This document shows positions 25,050 through 34,208 of a stretch of 46,444 bases of DNA, piece after piece. Location: contig JBMFLE010000001.1 of assembly GCA_049971355.1 (NCBI GenBank), positions 1 through 46,444 of the forward strand. Reading direction: 5' to 3'. Origin of the DNA: Patescibacteria group bacterium. Its GTDB lineage: Bacteria > Patescibacteriota > Patescibacteriia > UBA2591 > UBA4787. The position numbers and the translations under genes are program-made. Numbering within the stretch: position 1 is the stretch's first letter; each line of letters starts with the position of its first letter. The notes under the pieces are model-generated. The model searched no databases and was not told the origin of the DNA. It worked only from the letters and a program-made list of their open reading frames with translations.

Positions 25050-26489
25050 TTATTTTGTTCCTAAGATAATTAGAAAATCAGTTTCTGGAGTAATTAGATA
25101 TTTTAAATTTTCTGGTAAGGTGACTATTTCTGTCTTCAGTTCTTTTTTTAAAGATTCGGCGGCTTTGGGATCAATTTCTTTAACTGAATAAATAATGGTT
25201 TTTTGATAATTGCGAGTTGGGGCATTACCGATTTTTGAAACTTGATAGCCAAGAGATTCGAGTTTATTTTTTGTTTTTTGGGCCAAACCAGTAATAAGGG
25301 TTCCGTTAAGAATAATTAATTTTGGTTTAACCTCTGATTGAATGGCTGGCGAATGATTGGCAATTTGTTTTTGACCAAAAATAGAATTTTTTGCAGAAAA
25401 AGCGTTTTTGATAATTTCAGCCATTTCTTTAAAATTTCCCGATTTTGGTTTGAGAATATAAGCGCCATTAAGAGCGGTCTCCGAATAAAGTAATCCTTCA
25501 GGACCGGCTTCAAAAGTATAAGTTTTAACTTGCTTTAAATTAAGATTGGCAAAGATTTTGGCCAAACGGACTGTTTCGCTAAAATCCAAATTTGTTGAAA
25601 TCTTATCGTGAAAAATATTATAAATTTCCCAAATTTTTAATGGTGGAGTGATTAGATTTTCTTTTTTCATTTTTTCTGCCACGGCTAAAATAAGCTTTTG
25701 TTGCCTTTTCGTTCTAGCAAAGTCAGTGCTTTCATTGTTGGTCCCGTGTCGGGAGCGAACAAATTGTAAAGCCCGTTCGCCATCCATTATTTGTCGACCG
25801 GCCTTAAAACTGATGGTTTGAAAACGAAAATTGGGGGCTGGGTATTGATAGTCAACAAAACTCCGTTCAACATCAATTTCTACTCCGCCCAACCAATCAA
25901 TAAATTTTTTAAAAGCGGAAAAATCAACTCTTAGCCAGTAATGAACTGGCAGTTCAAAAATTTCGCTAATTGTTTGGCTGGTTAAAGCACCACCATCATT
26001 CATTCTGACCGTTCCCAGAGAATTGATATTATTAATTTTTTGCCAGCCAAAATCCGCGGTTGGCACATATAAGTCGCGAGGAATAGAAAAAAGAGCTAAC
26101 TCTTTCGTTGATGGTTTTAGGCTGGCCAAAATAATTGTATCAGTTAAATAGGGGCCCTCGTGTTCAGCTCCACCTATTCCTAAAATTAAAATATTAGTTC
26201 GGTCAGTTAATTCTCCTTTTAAAATTTTGTCTTTACCCGAAGCCAAATGGACTAAACTCTGCCAAAACGAGAGTCTGCCTAAATTAGAGATAATTCCTTG
26301 AGAAGGGATAATAGTATTAACTGAGAAAAAAACAACAATTACTAAAACTACAATAACCAGACGGAAAAAAAGACGACCTAAACTGATTTTAGGTTTTTGA
26401 TACTCAATTCTTGAAACTTGAGTTTCAGTTTCGGGTTTAGTTTCAATAGGTTTGATGCCGTCAATTAAATTAATTCGGTATTCTGCCAT
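25050..26489 (-). CDS. LCP (LytR-CpsA-Psr) family cell-wall glycopolymer transferase with LytR_C domain
   Basis: TM anchor, NILILGIGG..DTIILASL..SIPRDLYV, and a C-terminal KLIILNGT..GLA domain. I place the start at ATG 26489 (MAEYRIN); the longer ORF to 26534 begins with TTG. Confidence 0.85.
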   Translation of the reverse strand: MAEYRINLIDGIKPIETKPETETQVSRIEYQKPKISLGRLFFRLVIVVLVIVVFFSVNTIIPSQGIISNLGRLSFWQSLVHLASGKDKILKGELTDRTNILILGIGGAEHEGPYLTDTIILASLKPSTKELALFSIPRDLYVPTADFGWQKINNINSLGTVRMNDGGALTSQTISEIFELPVHYWLRVDFSAFKKFIDWLGGVEIDVERSFVDYQYPAPNFRFQTISFKAGRQIMDGERALQFVRSRHGTNNESTDFARTKRQQKLILAVAEKMKKENLITPPLKIWEIYNIFHDKISTNLDFSETVRLAKIFANLNLKQVKTYTFEAGPEGLLYSETALNGAYILKPKSGNFKEMAEIIKNAFSAKNSIFGQKQIANHSPAIQSEVKPKLIILNGTLITGLAQKTKNKLESLGYQVSKIGNAPTRNYQKTIIYSVKEIDPKAAESLKKELKTEIVTLPENLKYLITPETDFLIILGTK

Positions 26490-26541
26490 AATTGTTAAAA
26501 ATTTACGAGCAAAGCGAAGAAAATTTTTGTACAATTATGAG

Positions 26542-26657
26542 CACCCCGCACCAATCCGACTCTCTAAAAATGTAATCCAACTAACAAAGCCGAAGGCGAT
26601 TTAACAGCCAGGAACTCACTCTAATCTAGAAACTTGGTTGGGATTTGGTGCGTGGGT
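26542..26657. repeat. About 116-nt long hairpin flanked by a duplicated LCP start region
   Basis: The arms ACCCCGCACCAATCC (26543-26557) and GGATTTGGTGCGTGGGT (26641-26657) pair. The hairpin is flanked by 21-nt perfect direct repeats gccataattgttaaaaattta at 26485 and 26659. Confidence 0.5.
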
Positions 26658-26777
26658 CGCCATAATTGTTAAAAATTTATGGGTTTGTAACAAGAGAAAT
26701 TTTTGGGCAAAGAATATTATAACAACATAAAAAAAATAGACAAGATTGCGCGTGGCCCAATAGTTCAATTTTCCATT

Positions 26778-26912
26778 ACTAATTTCCAATGTCTAATGAA
26801 ATGTCAAGGTTCCAATGTTAAATGTCTAATAATTCCTTTTTGACATTTTGACATTTGATATGGACATAAACCCCGAAAAATGGGACTAAGGATAAGTTTG
26901 ATTTTGGGGCCA
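26778..26912 (+). repeat. Intergenic repeat modules B1+A1
   Basis: B is ..tttccaatgtctaatgaaatgtcaaggttccaatgttaaatgtctaataattcctttttgacatt. A is atggacataaaccccgaaaaatgggac... These recur at 37898-37947 and, inverted, at 40011-40136. Confidence 0.6.
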
Positions 26913-27090
26913 GGAAAGTTAATTTGACAAACTAACACCATCCAAACAATCCGAACATATCCGAACACCCCGAATACAGCATCCAAATAGCGCATCACGA
27001 AGACATTCATTCAAATGTTCGTGGCGTTCGGATATGTTCGTTGGTTAGGATGATTTTAATTAGCTCTGGCTCAGTGGTATAAACTCATTA

Positions 27091-27210
27091 AAAAGCGAGA
27101 AAGTGTTCCACAAAAGCGGCTTACTTCAGATTTTTTAGATTTTTATTAGAAATTAGAAATTTGGAATTAGATATTTTTGAATGTCCCGCCACAAGGGGGC
27201 TCACTTCAAT
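27091..27210 (+). repeat. Two copies of repeat family C (..TGTyCCACrAAAGsGGCTyACTTCA)
   Basis: 27091-27130 and 27183-27210. Further copies lie at 38085-38125 and, inverted, at 39834-39857. Confidence 0.55.
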
Positions 27211-27222
27211 TTTTTTGGTTTT

Positions 27223-27687
27223 ATGATAAATTTAAAGAGATATTATAATTCTATTGTTGAAAGAATACGTTTTTTACCTTTTGCTAAAGATCACCCCTGG
27301 ATTCGGCAGTTCTTTAAATTTTCTGTTGTTGGCGGTACTTGCATGATTCTTGATTTTTTAATTTATATTTTTTTAACCAGATTATTTTCTTTTTGGCAAA
27401 ATCATTTAGCTTGGGCTAATTTTTTATCTATCTGTTTATCTGCTACAGTTAATTTTGTTTGGAATAAAAAGTGGACCTTTAGAGACAAAGATCAAAAAAT
27501 TTTCTGGCAATATATTAAATTTTGGGTTGTTGTTATTGGTGGCCTTATTTTATATCAATTGATTTTTATTTTTTCAGTTCAAAATTTAAAACTTTATGAT
27601 TTGTTAAGTAAAGCAATTGCCGCAATTATTGTTTGGATATTACGATTTATTTTTAATAAATTCTGGACATTCCGAGCCCCATATTAA
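27223..27687 (+). CDS. GtrA-family membrane protein
   Basis: FFKFSVVGGTCMILDFLIY.. and NFVWNKKWTF are typical of GtrA. I place the start at Met15 because the first 42 nt of the ORF are repeat family C. Confidence 0.75.
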   Translation: MINLKRYYNSIVERIRFLPFAKDHPWIRQFFKFSVVGGTCMILDFLIYIFLTRLFSFWQNHLAWANFLSICLSATVNFVWNKKWTFRDKDQKIFWQYIKFWVVVIGGLILYQLIFIFSVQNLKLYDLLSKAIAAIIVWILRFIFNKFWTFRAPY

Positions 27688-27722
27688 TCTTTAAAATAAT
27701 TTCGAAGTGAAATAAACCTATT

Positions 27723-28178
27723 ATGATTAAAGATGTTCAACTTAAACAATTAAATTTAAATTTTGATGATCGCGGATTTTTAGTGGAGGTCTTAAAAAAA
27801 ACAGATCCAATTTTTAAAGAGATTAAACAGACAACTTATACTGAAACGTATCCGGGAGTAATCAAAGCTTTTCATTGGCATAAAAGACAATGGGATTTTT
27901 GGTTTATTATTAAAGGTATGGCCCAGGTAGTTCTTTATGATTTAAGAGAAGATTCGCCCACTAAAGGTGAGACAAATGTCTTTTATTTAGGAGAAAAAAA
28001 TTTAGCTGTTTTAGCCATTCCTCCAGGCGTGGCACACGGCTATCGAGTTTTAGGTAATCAGCCAATCGGCTTGCTTTATCAGACCACCGAAATTTATAAT
28101 CCAGAGAATCCCGATGAAGGAAGAATTTCTTTTGATGATAAAAAAATAGGATTTGATTGGACGACCAGACCCCGCTAA
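27723..28178 (+). CDS. rfbC: dTDP-4-dehydrorhamnose 3,5-epimerase-like cupin
   Basis: 151 aa with FHWHKRQWDFWF..GVAHGY..Y.PENPDEGRISFDD. It is shorter than classical RmlC. Confidence 0.8.
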   Translation: MIKDVQLKQLNLNFDDRGFLVEVLKKTDPIFKEIKQTTYTETYPGVIKAFHWHKRQWDFWFIIKGMAQVVLYDLREDSPTKGETNVFYLGEKNLAVLAIPPGVAHGYRVLGNQPIGLLYQTTEIYNPENPDEGRISFDDKKIGFDWTTRPR

Positions 28179-28207
28179 TCGTAGTAGCCATTGGTGATAG
28201 AATTAGT

Positions 28208-29071
28208 ATGATTAGTGATATTAAAATTCTAATTCTTGGTGCTAAAGGAATGCTTGGCCATGATTTAATGGCAGTTTTTGAAGATCATCAGCCAACTGGT
28301 TGGGATATTAATGAAATTGATATTACCAATAAAGACGATGTTTTTAAAAAAATAGGCACTCTGAACCCTGAAATAATTATTAATGCCGCCGCTTATACTG
28401 ATGTAGATGGGGCAGAAAAAAATAAAGAATTGGCCATGAGGGTTAATAGAGAAGCGGTTGGTTATTTAGCCGAGATTTGCGTTCAAAATAATATCATTTT
28501 AGTTCACTACAGCACTGACTATGTTTTTCACGGTAACAAGAAAGAAGGATATAAAGAAGAAGATATTCCGGAAGATCCGGTTAATTTTTACGGCCAATCA
28601 AAACTTCTCGGTGAAAAAGAGATTAAAGATTGTAAATTGAAAATTGAAAATTTTAAGTATTATTTGATTCGCACTGCTTGGCTTTTTGGGCCGAAATCTA
28701 ATCCCCATCAGCATAAAAATTTTGTGGACACAATTTTAAAACTAGCTCAAGAAAGAAAGGAAATTAAAGTAGTGGATGATCAATTCGGTTCGCCAACTTA
28801 TACTTATGATTTGGCCCGAGCAACTAAAGAGTTAATAGAAAAAAACTATCCGTCTGGTATTTATCATTTAACTAATTCAGGAATGACTAATTGGTATCAA
28901 TTTGCTAAAAAAATTGTTAAATTATCAGGCCTTAAAACTAAGATTTTGCCTTGTTCAAGTAAAGAATTTCTGCGACCAGCCAAAAGACCAAAGTATTCTT
29001 TTCTAGTTAATACTAAATTTCCAAAAATGAGATTTTGGCAAGAGGCCTTGAGTGATTATTTAAATCTTTAA
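28208..29071 (+). CDS. rfbD: dTDP-4-dehydrorhamnose reductase
   Basis: ILILGAKGMLG Rossmann start and STDYVFHG..YGQSKLLGE (YxxxK). I place the start at MISDIK. Confidence 0.85.
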   Translation: MISDIKILILGAKGMLGHDLMAVFEDHQPTGWDINEIDITNKDDVFKKIGTLNPEIIINAAAYTDVDGAEKNKELAMRVNREAVGYLAEICVQNNIILVHYSTDYVFHGNKKEGYKEEDIPEDPVNFYGQSKLLGEKEIKDCKLKIENFKYYLIRTAWLFGPKSNPHQHKNFVDTILKLAQERKEIKVVDDQFGSPTYTYDLARATKELIEKNYPSGIYHLTNSGMTNWYQFAKKIVKLSGLKTKILPCSSKEFLRPAKRPKYSFLVNTKFPKMRFWQEALSDYLNL

Positions 29072-29085
29072 TCTAAACAAATTTT

Positions 29086-30093
29086 ATGAAGTTATTAATT
29101 ACAGGGGGAGCTGGGTTTATCGGCAGTAATTTCATCAGCTATATTTTAAAGAAATATCCAAATGACCGGATTATTAATTTGGATAAGTTGACTTATTGCG
29201 GAAATTTGGGAAATTTAAGAGCTGTTGAAAAAAATCCTTGCTACAAATTTATTAAAGGTGATATCTGTGATAATAAATTAGTTGATAATTTAATTTCTCA
29301 AGAAAGGCCAGATGCAATTATAAATTTTGCTGCCCAAACACATGTCGATCGTTCTATTTTAGATCCTTTTGAGTTTGTCAGAACAAATATTTTAGGAGTT
29401 CATATTCTGTTAGAAGCAGTAAAAAAATACAGAGTTAAAAAATATGTTCAAATAAGTACTGACGAAGTTTATGGTAGTATTACCAGAGGAAAATTTAGAG
29501 AAACAGATAACTTAAATCCTTCTAGCCCATATGCGGCAACCAAAGCAAGTGCTGATTTACTCGCTCTTTCTTATTTTAAAACTTTTAATTTACCGGTTTT
29601 GATCACCCGTTCTTCTAATAATTATGGTCCTTATCAATATCCAGAAAAATTAATACCTTTATTTATTACTAATTTATTGGAGAACAAAAAAGTTCCTCTT
29701 TATGGAACAGGTAGAAATGTGCGTGACTGGCTTTATGTTTTGGACAATTGTTCGGCAATAGATTTGGTTTTGCGTAAAGGAAAAATTGGTGAAATTTATA
29801 ATATTGGCGGTGACCGCGAAAAAGAAAATATTGAAATTGCAAAAGTTATTTTAAAAATATTGGGAAAAACTGAAGAGTGGATTGAATATGTTAAAGATCG
29901 ACCGGCCCATGATTTTCGTTACGCTCTCGATAGCTCAAAAATCAAAAAATTAGGCTGGCGACCAAAATATAAATTTGAAGAGGCAATAGAAAAAACAATT
30001 AAATGGTATAAAGAAAATCAAGATTGGTGGAAAAAGATTAAAAGCGGAGAATATTTGAAATATTATAAAAAGCAGTATTTAAAAAATCTATGA
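29086..30093 (+). CDS. rfbB: dTDP-glucose 4,6-dehydratase
   Basis: 335 aa with ITGGAGFIGSNF, STDEVYG and YAATKASAD motifs. Confidence 0.9.
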   Translation: MKLLITGGAGFIGSNFISYILKKYPNDRIINLDKLTYCGNLGNLRAVEKNPCYKFIKGDICDNKLVDNLISQERPDAIINFAAQTHVDRSILDPFEFVRTNILGVHILLEAVKKYRVKKYVQISTDEVYGSITRGKFRETDNLNPSSPYAATKASADLLALSYFKTFNLPVLITRSSNNYGPYQYPEKLIPLFITNLLENKKVPLYGTGRNVRDWLYVLDNCSAIDLVLRKGKIGEIYNIGGDREKENIEIAKVILKILGKTEEWIEYVKDRPAHDFRYALDSSKIKKLGWRPKYKFEEAIEKTIKWYKENQDWWKKIKSGEYLKYYKKQYLKNL

Positions 30094-30812
30094 AAGGCGT
30101 TATTTTAGCTGGTGGCTTTGGAACTCGATTATTACCCTGCACAAAGGTCACTAATAAACATTGTTTACCAGTCTATAACAAACCAATGATTTACTATCCT
30201 TTAGAAACATTGGTGGGGGCCGGCTTAAAAGAGATTCTAATAGTTACTGGCGGCAATAGTCCTGGTGATTTTCTTAAACTTCTCGGGAATGGCAAGGAAT
30301 TTGGCTTAAAAGAAATTCATTATACTTATCAAGAGGGAGCAGGCGGAATTGCTGAGGCCCTGGGTTTGGCTGAAGATTTTGCCGATAGAGGAAAAGTTGC
30401 CGTTATTCTTGGTGATAATATTTTTGAAGACGATTTTACTCAGTCAGTGCAGGATTTCGAAAGACAAAATTGGGGGGCTAAACTATTTTTGAAAGAAGTG
30501 CCTGACCCTCAACGTTTTGGTGCGGCTGAGATAAAAGACGGAAAGTTAATCAACATCGAAGAAAAACCCAAGAAGCCAAAATCAAAATATGCGGTCACCG
30601 GTTTATATATGTATGATAGCCAAGTTTGGGATGTGATAAAAACATTAAAGCCCTCCCAGAGAGGAGAGCTAGAAATCACTGATGTCAATAATTTTTATAT
30701 TGAGAAAGGGATTGTTACTTATGAGATTTTAAAAGGTTTTTGGTCAGATGCCGGTACATTTGAATCCCTATTAAATGCAGCAAATTTTTTAAGAAGTAAA
30801 AAAATAACTTAA
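30090..30812 (+). CDS. rfbA: Glucose-1-phosphate thymidylyltransferase (short form)
   Basis: MKGVILAGGFGTRLLPCT..NKPMIYYPL. Its ATG overlaps the rfbB stop (ATGA). Confidence 0.85.
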   Translation: MKGVILAGGFGTRLLPCTKVTNKHCLPVYNKPMIYYPLETLVGAGLKEILIVTGGNSPGDFLKLLGNGKEFGLKEIHYTYQEGAGGIAEALGLAEDFADRGKVAVILGDNIFEDDFTQSVQDFERQNWGAKLFLKEVPDPQRFGAAEIKDGKLINIEEKPKKPKSKYAVTGLYMYDSQVWDVIKTLKPSQRGELEITDVNNFYIEKGIVTYEILKGFWSDAGTFESLLNAANFLRSKKIT

Positions 30813-32245
30813 TGAATTTGCGCTTGCCAGATTCCTTCTTGATCGTTAATCTCCCCCCAAATATAAAGATATCGAGGATTTTCTCTGAACCAGATTTTTT
30901 TAATTTTATTACCAGTCAATAATTTATAAATATTTCTTGTCCCGGAACCGTCAATTTCCATAGCCCAAATTTCATCTTTACTGACGAAGATTAAATATGT
31001 ATTATCAGGATGCCAGATGACCTGATTCAAAATTTGACCACTGCGGTTAATTAATTCTTCTATTATTTTTGGTTGACCCTCTGGATTTTGTGTTATGTTA
31101 GCTAAAATTATTTCAAAGTCATTATAGTAAAGCATTTTCTTGTCGCCCGGTTGAGTTAAAATTTCATTAGCTTGATTTTTTAAAATTATTGGATTGTTTT
31201 TTTGATTAAGATCAATAATAAAGAGGTCCTGGGCGGCTTTAAGGATAATTAAATTATTATCAATTGAAAGGGGATAGAATTTAAATTGATAGGCAGGTAA
31301 ATTTAGATAAGTAGATTCTGATTCAAGATTTCCTAAAACTTGATTTAACTTAGTCTTTTTAAGACAAATGCCATTTGGTGTGCTTCCAAGTAAAAACCAA
31401 TTATTTTCTTTGACTAACCAATCTTGGATAATAAAATTTTTGAATTTTAAATTTAGGACCAACTTAATTTGTTTGGTTTTAGGGTTGAAGGAGTAAATAA
31501 TATCAGCAGATTGAACATAAAATAAATTTTCATCATAGACCACTTTATTTGGATTTTTAAAAAAATTGTTAAGATTGATGATTATTTGCGGTGTCGACGA
31601 ATTAATAATAAAAATTTTTGATTTAGAGGTGTAGATTATAAAGTAGGGACCGGCTTCTTCAATTTTTAGAATTCGACCGCTAACTGTCGCCAAATGATCT
31701 TGAAAAATTTCGGTTAAAGATATTAATTTAATTTGGGAATTTTGTGAAGAAGGATCATAGATTGAATAAATTAAATTTTTATCTTTAGTTAGCGGATAAA
31801 TGAAATCAATTTTTTCTTTAATTAATAATTTTAACCCTGGCTGCTTCAGAAAGAGAAAAATTTTGTTAGTTTCAGTGGTTTTTTCGGCCCGAATTTCTAA
31901 TTTTTTCTGCCAAGAATAATAGCCAGGTTTATAAACAGTAATTTGATAATTATCAGGCAGTAAATTGGGGATTACGGTTGGCGTAGTGTCTTGTATCTTT
32001 ATCAACCCTAAAAATTTTTTATAAAATAGTAATTGCCGGTACCATTTAGGAGTTAAAGGTTGGTTATTGATAATAACTCGGGCACCAGGGGGTATGGATT
32101 TAATAAAAAAATTGCCTGTTTTTGTTAAACGGCGATTTCTAAAATCATAACGATATCCCTGACCGTAAAGGATGAGAGCCGGGGTCAGAGTGACAAAAAT
32201 CAGGGTAAAGAATATAATTAAAATGAGACGATAACGAAATGGCAT
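30809..32245 (-). CDS. Membrane-anchored PEGA-domain protein with beta-propeller-like C-terminal region
   Basis: 478 aa with an N-terminal TM, a PEGA-like IKSIPPGARVIINN segment and a repetitive beta-rich remainder. Confidence 0.6.
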   Translation of the reverse strand: MPFRYRLILIIFFTLIFVTLTPALILYGQGYRYDFRNRRLTKTGNFFIKSIPPGARVIINNQPLTPKWYRQLLFYKKFLGLIKIQDTTPTVIPNLLPDNYQITVYKPGYYSWQKKLEIRAEKTTETNKIFLFLKQPGLKLLIKEKIDFIYPLTKDKNLIYSIYDPSSQNSQIKLISLTEIFQDHLATVSGRILKIEEAGPYFIIYTSKSKIFIINSSTPQIIINLNNFFKNPNKVVYDENLFYVQSADIIYSFNPKTKQIKLVLNLKFKNFIIQDWLVKENNWFLLGSTPNGICLKKTKLNQVLGNLESESTYLNLPAYQFKFYPLSIDNNLIILKAAQDLFIIDLNQKNNPIILKNQANEILTQPGDKKMLYYNDFEIILANITQNPEGQPKIIEELINRSGQILNQVIWHPDNTYLIFVSKDEIWAMEIDGSGTRNIYKLLTGNKIKKIWFRENPRYLYIWGEINDQEGIWQAQIH

Positions 32246-32288
32246 AAACTGCTATAAATATATAAAAATAAAGCGAACAAAGTGAGCT

Positions 32289-33542
32289 ATGAAATTTATA
32301 ATTGAAGGCGGTTACCCTTTAAAGGGTGAAATTGAAGTAATGGGCATGAAGAATGCAGCTACACCGATTTTAGTGGCTACGCTTTTAACATCCGAGCCCT
32401 GCCTGTTGAAAAATGTTCCTAAAATTTCTGATGTTGGGAATATGCTTGAAATTCTAGAAAGTTTAGGCGCAGAAATAAATTATTTAGATGAACATTCAAT
32501 TCAAATTTCCAATCAAAATATTAGTTTGCATCGTTTAGACAAAGATGCGGTCTGCAAAATGCGCTCTTCAATTCTTTTTATGGGGCCGCTTCTCTCTCGT
32601 TTTGGCCAAATTGAATTACCAGAGCCGGGCGGTTGTATTATCGGAAATCGACCGATTGATACCCATCTTTACGCCTTAGAGCAATTAGGGGCAAAGATTG
32701 AAAGGGAAAATGGTTTTTATGGAGTGAAGGCTAATGGTTTAAAGGGCACTGTTATTATTTTACCAGAATTTTCTGTGACGGCAACAGAGAATGCACTAAT
32801 GGCAGCGGTATTGGCCAAAGGGCGAACAATTATTAAACTAGCGGCTGCTGAGCCCCATGTCCAAGATTTATGTAGTTTTCTAAATAAAATGGGAGCGAAA
32901 ATTAGCGGCATTGGAACTCATACTTTAATCATTGACGGAGTTAAAAAATTGAAAGGCGCAGAGCATACAATTATTCCAGACCAAATTGAAATTGGAACTT
33001 TTGCTGTTGCTGCTGCGGTAAGTAGGGGAGAGGTAAAAATAAAAAATATTATCCCCGAGCATTTGGAAATTATTTGTTTAAAATTAAAACAAATTGGCGT
33101 CAAATTTGATTTAGACGAGAATTCTTTGTACATTCATCCGTCGACTAATCTCAGGGCTTTTCGATTACAAACAATGCCTTATCCTGGCTTTCCGACTGAT
33201 TTACAGGCGCCCTTCGGTGTCTTAGCCACTCAATGCCAAGGCACGAGCCTGATTCAGGACCCTCTTTTTGAGGGAAGGATGGGTTATGTTCAAGAATTAA
33301 TAAAAATGGGGGCCAATGCCATTGTCGCCGACCCTCATCGAGTAGTCATTACCGGTCCGACCCCTCTTTATGGTCAAGAAATTAAAAGTTTTGATTTACG
33401 AGCAGGCGCAACCTTAATTATTGCTGGACTGATTGCCCAGGGCCAAACTATTATTAATCAGGCCGAAGTAGTTGACCGAGGTTATGAAAAAATAGAGGAA
33501 AGGTTATCTAAATTAGGAGCAAAAATTAAAAGGGTAGAATAG
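32289..33542 (+). CDS. murA: UDP-N-acetylglucosamine 1-carboxyvinyltransferase
   Basis: 417 aa with GMKNAATPILVATLL, the active-site GGCIIGNRPID loop and FPTDLQAPF. Confidence 0.95.
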   Translation: MKFIIEGGYPLKGEIEVMGMKNAATPILVATLLTSEPCLLKNVPKISDVGNMLEILESLGAEINYLDEHSIQISNQNISLHRLDKDAVCKMRSSILFMGPLLSRFGQIELPEPGGCIIGNRPIDTHLYALEQLGAKIERENGFYGVKANGLKGTVIILPEFSVTATENALMAAVLAKGRTIIKLAAAEPHVQDLCSFLNKMGAKISGIGTHTLIIDGVKKLKGAEHTIIPDQIEIGTFAVAAAVSRGEVKIKNIIPEHLEIICLKLKQIGVKFDLDENSLYIHPSTNLRAFRLQTMPYPGFPTDLQAPFGVLATQCQGTSLIQDPLFEGRMGYVQELIKMGANAIVADPHRVVITGPTPLYGQEIKSFDLRAGATLIIAGLIAQGQTIINQAEVVDRGYEKIEERLSKLGAKIKRVE

Positions 33543-33544
33543 AA

Positions 33545-33970
33545 TATTAATTTTCGGACCAAAATTGACCGATTTTCGAACTCTTGATCTAAAAACTGAA
33601 TAATTTTTTCTCTAAATTTTTGGTATCTATCTCTAATTGTAGTATAACTTAAATTTAGAAAATTTGTCAAGCATCCATTTTTAGACAGATTGTCTCTCCG
33701 CATTCTTTAGCCAACCCCCTTTTACTTTTAAAAGGAGCTGTCTGATTAACGGCCATAGCGATGCTTGATTTTTTTCCCAGTCCCTGATCAACAGTCAGCT
33801 GACCCACTATTTTCAAAAGAGCGTCTTTCTCTCTTTTCAGCCCGGACAATTCCAGTAAGGTTCCCGAGTTCTGACCAGAACGGCTTAAATAGCCATGGAT
33901 AATTCTGGGTTGAACTCCGTATTTTTGGGCTAAACCCCCACACCAAGTTTTGGTGTGGGGTAAATTTTAG
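33545..33970 (-). pseudogene. Decayed IS3-family OrfA (COG2963-type) remnant plus other transposase-like debris
   Basis: One minus frame reads ..GGLAQKYGVQPRIIHGYLS..LKREKDALLKIVGQLTVDQGLGKKS, the HTH and leucine-zipper region of IS3 OrfA. There is no proper start, the sequence is split over frames, and no OrfB is present. Confidence 0.55.
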
Positions 33971-33971
33971 G

Positions 33972-34044
33972 GGTGGCATACGGGATTTGCACCCGTGCTG
34001 AAAGTTCCACAGACTTCCGTGCTAACTACTACACCAATGCCACC
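33972..34044 (-). tRNA. tRNA-His(GUG): tRNA-His(GUG) with encoded G-1
   Basis: G(-1)-GTGGCAT-TG-GTGT-AGTAGTTA-GCAC-G-GAAGT-CTGTGGA-ACTTT-CAGC-ACGGG-TGCAAAT-CCCGT-ATGCCAC-C. Confidence 0.9.
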
Positions 34045-34208
34045 ACACTCCGCTTCTGCGGAAAATTCTAAATTTTAAATTCGAAATCCGAAATAAATTC
34101 TAATGCCCAAAATTCAAATTCTATTTTTTACCCTCGGCAAATCTGGTTTGCCAAGCCGAAGCTCTCAATGGAGGGCAAAGGCTGGTACCCCCAGGCTGAA
34201 TTGCCCTG

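Noticed and set aside
26535-26660. The long hairpin upstream of the LCP gene as the SRP (4.5S) RNA or another known ncRNA
   Set aside because: The rod-like shape is suggestive. However, I could not find the conserved helix-8 motifs (GGAA-type tetraloop with AGCA/CAGG symmetric loop) on either strand.
26535-27180. The divergent strand switch (minus genes to the left, plus genes to the right) with an AT-rich 650-bp gap as a replication origin
   Set aside because: No DnaA-box cluster is visible; the best match is a 7/9 TGTTCCACA. The gap is filled by repeat modules, gene orientation becomes mixed again after 30.8 kb, and GC skew cannot be computed reliably by eye.
30090-30093. Possible alternative genetic code (UGA read as sense, as in some candidate phyla)
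   Set aside because: TGA clearly terminates well-conserved genes at the expected length; for example, rfbB ends at the ATGA overlap with rfbA. All conserved proteins are intact under the standard code.
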